DNA from: Eledone cirrhosa
Taxonomy: Eukaryota
Reading direction: 5' to 3'
DNA length: 64,000 nucleotides
NCBI GenBank assembly: GCA_964016885.1
Contig: OZ024745.1
Span: forward strand, 52,204,001-52,268,000
The translations under genes and the position numbers were made by a program. Position 1 is the stretch's first letter. Each line of letters opens with the position of its first letter. The notes beneath the pieces are model-generated. The model did not search any database. It saw only the letters and a list, made by a program, of their open reading frames with translations, and was not told where the DNA came from. Below are positions 56,553-64,000 of this stretch, piece by piece.

Positions 56553-59500
56553 TGCTGTTAGATCGACTCTCCATATTTCTTTTCAATGGCTGACAATACC
56601 TTACCGGCGCCACTCGAATAAGGTAGTTATTTAACCCATAAATGGAGCCCTAACAGGTACTACCACCCCGGGCCAGGGCAGACCTGGGAGTCATGACAAC
56701 TAAGGGGTAACTCCACATTCCCCACATCTCCTGAACTCCCGAACTGGAGCCTTGCCACTGGATGTAGTTTAATGTCATACCCAGGACATGTCCTGGGTAT
56801 GACATGTCCTGGGTATGACTCCCAGGTCTGCCCTGGCCCGGGGTGGTAGTACCTGTTAGGGCTCCATTTATGGGTTAAATAACTACCTTATTCGAGTGGC
56901 GCCGGTAAGGTATTGTCAGCCATTGAAAAGAAATATGGAGAGTCGATCTAACAGCACTAGGGTTAGAGCCCCTAATTACACTGTCAAGGAGCAGCCTGGT
57001 CGTTATGACTCTGCTGGCTTAGAGCCACAGAGAGGGCCAGTAGATGATGGATCAGCTGTCTCTGAGACAAATATAAAGAATGCAGTTTTGTCCTGCAGAA
57101 GAGCCATCAAAATGGGCACTTTGAATGTGAGGACTATTCGAACGCTGGAGAAGAGAGGGAGGAGTTGGGACATCTGTTCGAGGAGAGTGGTATACAGATA
57201 CTTGCGATCCAAGAACACAGGATTCTACGCTATGAGCCCGTGAGGAGTGTGATGATCGGGAGGAAGAGCCAGCTCACTACATTGGCAGTGAAGAACACAA
57301 CAAATGCTGCAGTAGGAGGAGTGGGTTTTGTGTTCAGTGCAAAAACCAATCTGTTGGTGAGGGAAATAATGCCTATCTCCCCGCGAGTGTTGAAGGGGAC
57401 TTTCAATGGAAACCCAAGACTGACAGTCATCTCAGCCTATAATCCAACCGAGGGGGACAGTGATGTGAATGCCGAGGAGTTCCATGAGGTGTGTGGGGCT
57501 GTCAACACCACTCAGGCACACAATATCCTGCTTGTTTTGGGGGACTTCAATGCACATCTGAGTAAGGAGGGCTGTGAATATCCTTGCTGGTACTTCCATA
57601 ACAACACCAACCGAAATGGAAGACTACTGAGAGACACCCTGCTGGAGGCGAACTTGATGGCGACCAACCTAAGGTTTAGGAAGAATCTGAGGAAGAAGTG
57701 GACCTACATCTCAGATATGCACCTGTCCAAGTCCGAGATTGATTTGATTCTGGTGAGGAAAAAGTGGCGGAATAGTGTTCTGAACACGGAACCATACAGC
57801 TATTTTAGTACACTGGGTAGTGACCACCGGCTTGTTATGAGTGAGGTCCGCATGAGCTTAAGAAAGAGCAAGGCTCTGCCCCGGAGAACAATCTATGACT
57901 GGGGAGCTTTCAAGGAAGATGATAAGCTACAGGAGAGGTTCACAGTGGAAGTGAGAAACAAGTTTAGTGCTCTGTGTGGAGAGTCAGAGGAGAGAGAGAT
58001 TGGATGGACTGAGGAGAGTGTGACGAAGAGGTACGGGCACTTCACCAATGCAGTGGCGAAAGCAAGTGAAACCCTGGTGCCGAGGAAAAAGAACAAATGG
58101 AAGCACGTCAGCTCTGCAAACCCAAAAGTGTGTGCAGCCAGAGAACACCTGAAAGCTGCCAGGGACCAATTCTATGCTGATCCTACGGAGGAGAGGATGG
58201 AGACTGTGGAGGTGATGAGGGAAGAGCTCTGTACCGCTTACACTGAGGTCAGAGAGGAGGCACTGATAGAGAAGATCAGAAGTGTGGAGAGAGCGGTTGA
58301 CAGATCTGGATGTAAGGAGAGCTGGATGATCATCAACGAGATCACAGGGAGGAAGAAAAGGTGTTCGAGTCAGATCCAGGGAACGGGGCCCGAGGATAGG
58401 AAGAGGAAATGGCTAGACCATTTTAGGACCCTACTAGGAGAGCCACCCTCCACAGCCCAGAGCACTTGGGAGATCAGGCGGCTGTTTGAGGAACTGGATG
58501 TTGAGACAAAGCCCTTCCCCAGAGAGGAGCTTCAGAGAGCCAAGAAGAAGATCAAGGAGGGCAAGGCTCATGGAGAAGATGGAGTGGCATCAGAGGTGAT
58601 GAAGAGGTGTGATTTTGATGATATCATCCTGGGGTTCTGTAACGGGGCACTGGAGAAAGGAGTTGCCCCGAATCAGTGGAGGATCAGTAACATCGTCCCA
58701 GTGCCAAAGAAGGGAGATCTCTCTAACACCAACAACTACCGCGGGATCTCACTGACGTCACTTGTGGCAAAGACCCTCAACAGGATGATTCTTAACAGGA
58801 TCCAACTGAGATGGAGAAGAAGCTCAGGGACAACCAAAACGGCTTCAGAGAGGGTAGATCAACCACCAGTCACATCCTGATGCTGAGGAGGATATTAGAG
58901 GGAGCTAGAGCGAAGTGCCTTCCTGCGGTCATGGTTTTCATTGACTTTAGGAAGGCCTTTGATTCTGTGGACCGTTACTGCCTGATGAAGATCTTACAGG
59001 CTTATGGAATCCCCAAGAGGATAGTGGACCTGATATCACTGCTCTACACCAACACCAAAGCCCAAGTCATTACACCTGATGGGATGACAGAGTTCTTTGA
59101 GATACTGGCTGGAGTGCTCCAGGAAGATACATTGGCTCCCTACCTTTTTATCATCGTAGTGGACTATTGTATGCGCCTTGTACTGGAGATACACCAGGAC
59201 TCTGGCTTTACTGTAGCACCGGCTCAGAGCAGGAGAGTTGGGGCGAAAAAGGTATCGGATGCTGAATTTGCCGACGACATAGTTTTGGTGACAAATACAG
59301 TGAAGGAGGCAGAGTATTTGATGCGGGAGGTTGAGACTGTGTCGATGAGTGTGTGGCTGAGAATGAATGAGACTAAAACAAAATATCTCGTAGAGAATGT
59401 TGAGAAGCCAGAGGGGATCACTAATGTAGGCAGGAAGCCGCTGGAATTGGTTGAGGACTTCCTGTATTTGGGACCAAAGATTGGGAATACGGAAGATGAT

Positions 59501-60036
59501 GTGGTTGAGAGGAAGAGCAAGGCCTGGGCGGCGTGTCACAGCTTGAAATCGGTGTGGAAGTCGGACCTTCGTAGAGACCGGAAAATCCGCCTCTTCATTG
59601 CTGTAGTGGAGTCTGTGCTGCTGTATGGGTCTGAGACTTGGACACTGACCAAGAGACTCACTCAGATGGTGGATGGGTGCTACACGAGAATGCTTAGGAT
59701 GGCTATGAACATTAATCAGTATACACTGAGGATGAAAAACTCAGAGCTTTATGGGAGCATCCCAAAAGTCAGCTTAAAAGTGACACAGAGGAGACTGAGG
59801 TTGGTTGGACATGCTCACCGACATCCAGAGTTGACATTGCACTCAGTGCTCCTTTGGGAGCCCCTACATGGACACACTAGAAGAGGAAGACCAAGGTTAA
59901 CGTATGCTGATGCCCTAAGGACAGACACTGGTCTGTTGGAGATGCAGGATATGGCAGCGATAATGAGGGACAGAGACCGCTGGAGAGAACTCGTCCATGG
60001 ATCTCGGGAATTTTACCCGCCTTAGACATCATACAT
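56553..60036 (+). mobile_element. RTE-clade LINE, near full length, with inverted duplication of the 5' UTR
   Basis: Single APE-RT ORF, almost no 3' UTR, flanked by ACATCATACAT at 56543-56553 and 60026-60036 (candidate TSD), inserted at a (CATA)n tract. Confidence 0.9.
56935..60025 (+). pseudogene. RTE ORF (apurinic endonuclease + reverse transcriptase), frameshifts near 57157 and 58807
   Basis: APE motifs GTLNVRT, ILAIQEHR, VISAYNPT, LGDFNAH, EIDLIL, SDHRLV. RT motifs VPVPKKGD, NYRGISL, NQNGFR, FIDFRKAFDSV, GVLQEDTLAPYLF, EFADDI, FLYLG, LLYGSETW. C-terminal RRGRPR typical of RTE. Confidence 0.92.
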
Positions 60037-60049
60037 AGATACATATATT

Positions 60050-62190
60050 TGTTACGGGAGGAATTGGAAAAATAAATTTAGCAGAAAATGAGACAGGTGA
60101 TAGTTGTTGACATGATAGATGACTTTCTTTTTATTTGCCACCTGGGCATCAAAAAGTGGGACAAGTACAATGGGGTGAGTTTACATAAAAAGGCGTCCTC
60201 AATAAGGAGGAGGCAATAGCAAGATATAAAAATAAAATAAAATATAACAAAAATAAATTTAATAACAAAATCCTCAATAGGGAGGAGGCGCCTTGGGGGG
60301 TCGCACACACCCCTGAAAAAGTGTGCAACCTTCTCTTCAGGAGCACAGAGAAGGGGTGCTCCCTTGATCTTTCATCTTCCTCACTTATAGTCTTATGTAG
60401 AATGAAGGCCCATTCACACGGGCCATTCTCGCCACTTTCACCCATCTTTCATAAAATCGGCTGGGGTGCAGCACCTCTCGCTCCATCCTGATCCTTCTCC
60501 CGAAATGATATCGGAAGAAACGGACCAGTTGTTGGCCAGAGTGAAAGGTGTCTGACCTCAGTCTTTTCAGACGCGTCCACCATACAACCTCTTTCGCCAT
60601 GGCTATTACGCACAGAAACACCGCCTGTCCTTCGTTTTTGAAGAGGGTAGGCGGCTTGATAGTTACAATAGACTCAGTGGTTAACCGGATCGGTCCCACC
60701 CTTGACAGCAGTTGTTCGACATAGCCCCACAGATCGGCAATGCCCGAGTAGTGTACCAATGCCTAGGGCTTCTCCGAGGACGTCGTCGCTCCTGCTAACC
60801 ACCAGCACTCTATAGAATGACGAGGTGGATTCTTCACTGACAGCCTGGTCCGCCTGCCAGAGAGCTGTGAGCGCCTGGGCACACACGGTGTGCCAGGCAC
60901 CCAGTTTTCTCGTCTTTGCTTGACCCAGGAATGCAGCTCGGTAAGCGAGACGAGTCTGGGAAAGGTTCGCCTCACGAATGGGGCCCACACGGGTTGACCG
61001 GTGAGGAATACCTGGAGGTGCCGTAGCCTTAATGCGTGTTTACGTATCATTAGCCACGGCATCCCCAGCCCTCCTTTCGAAGGGTCTTGACAGCAGATGG
61101 ATCTCCTCGCCAGAGGAGCCCGCTTCTTTCAAAGGAATTGGAAGAGTGCGCGCTCCATTTTGGCGAGCTTTTCCCATGGGCAAGGCACGACGGTCAGGCA
61201 GTAGTAGATGACGGACGTTATGTAAATGTTCGCCACCTCCGCCCGACCTTTCAGGGACAGTTTGCACTCGGCCCACTTCTGGGTCAGTGCAAACACCCTG
61301 TTCCTTACCTCACCCCATTTCGAAAGGCTCCGAGAGGTAGCTGTTCACCTTGACCCTAGAGCAGATGCGGCTGCTGTGCATGGCATTGATCCAGCCCTTG
61401 AAAACGGGTCCGAATCCTGCCGCCGCTAGCACCGCATCCAGGTAACCATGGTCGACCCTCTCGAACGCCTTAGATTGATCCAAGTTGATCAGGGCCCCAC
61501 CAAAGCCGGATTCGTTCCCAACCCTCTCTATGATGTCTCGCATGAGGTGGTGGTTGTCGTGGATGGACCTGGACAGGATAGCACATGTCTGCGCACCAGG
61601 TTGCCCACGACAAGGGCCAACCTCTTTGCTAGCATCTTGGCCAAAATTTGTAACTCCGTATTTAGCAGAGTTATGGGCCTGAAATTATTTATATCGTCCC
61701 CCTTGTTCTCGTCCTTCCTCACTGGCGTGACTACGCCCTTGGTCACATCACAGGGAATTCTCCCGTTCTGTTGCCGGTTGCAGTAGACCGCCTCGAGCAG
61801 AATGGGGAACAAGTCCGGCATAGCTAGATATAGTTCGTATGGAAGACCACCGAGACCCGGGGATTTGCGTCTGCCGCAATGGCTCACCGGCTGAAATCGG
61901 CTCTTCACAGGACTTCGCCTCCCTGTCCGAGAGACGCGGCAGGCCGTCGAGGTATGGACCGAAGTCCACTTCCCCAACCGGTCCCCCGTACAATCTGGCA
62001 AAGTGCTTTTGAAAAGCCTCGCACATCTGCTTAGGTTCAAGGATCACCTGTCCATCCTGGTCTCGCAAAGAACAGATAGTGTATCTACTCCCTCTTTTGA
62101 TTTCTGTCACGCGGGCCCAGCTAACAATTTTGGTCCGCTCGTTTCCCAGAGCACGTATTTTGCTTCGGACGATGCAGTCGGCTAAGAAGG
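60050..62190 (-). mobile_element. Decayed, 5'-truncated Tx1/L1-clade LINE (ORF2 RT fragments, internal deletions)
   Basis: Minus-strand ORF pieces KSPGLGGLPYELY, NFRPITLLNTELQILAKMLAKRL, LINLDQSKAFERVDHGYL, AKEVVWWTR; GC-rich island. The YADD region is not seen and appears deleted near 61310. Confidence 0.85.
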
Positions 62191-62269
62191 TTCTGTCTAT
62201 TATTCGGTGATATAATTATCATGGTATTGTATGAATGGATTTATTTTCCCCATTAATATGTTGCGTTAT

Positions 62270-62458
62270 TGTGGATTGGCAATATCAGTAGAGGGTCGGG
62301 CGCCATGCTTTGAAGCATAGAGTTACCTCCCTTTATGATCTGAGTTCAAATCCCGCCGAGGTTAACTTTGCCTTTAATCCTTACGGGGTTGATAAAATAA
62401 AGTACCAGTAATGCACTGGTATAATTGCTGGCCTGGTGCCAAAAGTAGAAACAGTTAT
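62270..62458 (+). mobile_element. SINE copy
   Basis: Matches 6610-6800. Confidence 0.9.
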
Positions 62459-63925
62459 TACCTATGTGATAAGATGTTTTAGTACAGTAGGTTATCTCTA
62501 CATTGTGTAGAAATAGATAGTTTTCTGACAAATTCTGTTAATATAGCTATGCAAATGGTTTTCATTATCTACATCGGCATATTCTGTTTAAACATTTCAT
62601 AAAAAAAATCATTTCATGAAGAAATTAGTCTATCATTGCTCAATTAATAAAATAATCATAGATTATTTCATTACAGACTAGAATTCTAACTAAAAACAGC
62701 GTCAAGCTTCCGAAAGCACGAAGGTAAAAGAGACAGTTTGTCGCTCTAGTCTACGTGACAGACACTTTAAATTTATTTATATTGAATATATACGGCTAAT
62801 TAGATTCACGAAGTTCCCTAAATTCCATGAAAAAACAACGTAGTATTTTATTAAACGGCAGCATATAATCAGTGCAATTAAAAATGTATACAACGACATT
62901 GTTTGAATACTAATGTCATAATTACGAAAAGGATTTCTTTCAATAAATAAGATTTATGTAGTATCTCTTCCAAGTGAGCATGATTTATTTACTTTCTTTT
63001 CTATATTAGACAGGAACGTGATGAGAATAAAACAGCTAACAACAATTCTCAATATCAACAGTGATATTTATTTCATTATCAAATTCAGGATCGTGAAATA
63101 TAACCTATATGCACATATATCACAACATAGTGAGATAAATAATATCAAAATAGCTGTTTAGTGTTTTCATTTTTAAAATCGTATATATAATGAATCATTT
63201 ACATTTTCCCAACTAGACGCTGAAATCTAGATTTTTGCGCTAATGTTGAAAACATATGAACATGAAGAATGTAGGTTTTAAAACATAAAATCATCAGTTT
63301 TTGTGAGGCTTTTTCAAAACAACGGATATCAAATGTCATCAATATCTATTGAAAATATATGACATTATTGGATATTTTATATATCGATACATTTAAACCA
63401 ACGTGCCTCGGGTCTGTTTCCGCCCAAATCCTCAAAGAAGGGATGTATATCTAAGGCTGTAGACCAAAGGTTCTCAACCCTATGTTTCCATTTTTCAATA
63501 TACTACTGATTTTGATGTCAGTAGGTTACTGGGCCGAATCATCTTATGTTAGAATCTTTAAAAATACTCGTTAAAATTAAATATAAAAAAGTTTCAGTCC
63601 AAAACAAAAGCAAACTATTTCAAATTATATATTTTTGAAAAATAGACATGAATGTTCTCAAAGATTTGATCTCAGTCGAGAAAGCGTATTTTTTTTTAAA
63701 TCTATATTTCACTGTTAGCTGTTGTAAAATTTTGAGTGGATAGACAATTCTACAATTCAAACTATGAAGTAAAAATACAAAATATGAAGAATTTCTTACC
63801 TTTCTCTGGTTACACAAACTCAAGGGAAAAATAGTACCTTGCAAAATAAAGTGCCTCGATCACAAACTTAGTTGCAACGAATGAATTGAGATGCTTAGTG
63901 ACCGCGAGCAAACAATATCTGTATC

Positions 63926-63974
<49 letters not shown>

Positions 63975-64000
63975 GAGAGATACACACACATACACACATG

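Overview
AT-rich, microsatellite-saturated animal DNA with no host protein-coding exon that I can support. The tRNA-derived SINE with a Nin/Deu-type core and the repeat landscape suggest an octopod cephalopod (inference). Coding mobile elements: (1) a very young, nearly intact Penelope-like element (PLE; RT plus C-terminal GIY-YIG, Naiad-like) at 36785-41886 with 1568-bp tandem pseudo-LTRs and one 1-nt frameshift; (2) a near full-length RTE LINE at 56553-60036 with a foldback 5' end; (3) a decayed Tx1/L1 LINE; (4) CRE-like and R4/Dong-like fragments. There are about 14 SINE copies. The main unexplained signal is that most short islands between (TA)n tracts are non-coding foldback or partial-tandem elements carrying hammerhead ribozyme (HHR) motifs. 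These include minimal type I HHRs with palindromic stem III, U3-A8 core variants, a CAGAAGA variant, and a family of 530-815 bp tandem units whose three HHR segments lie in a non-circularly permuted (pseudoknotted) order with compensatory base changes. All structures were read by eye; no folding program or database search was run.
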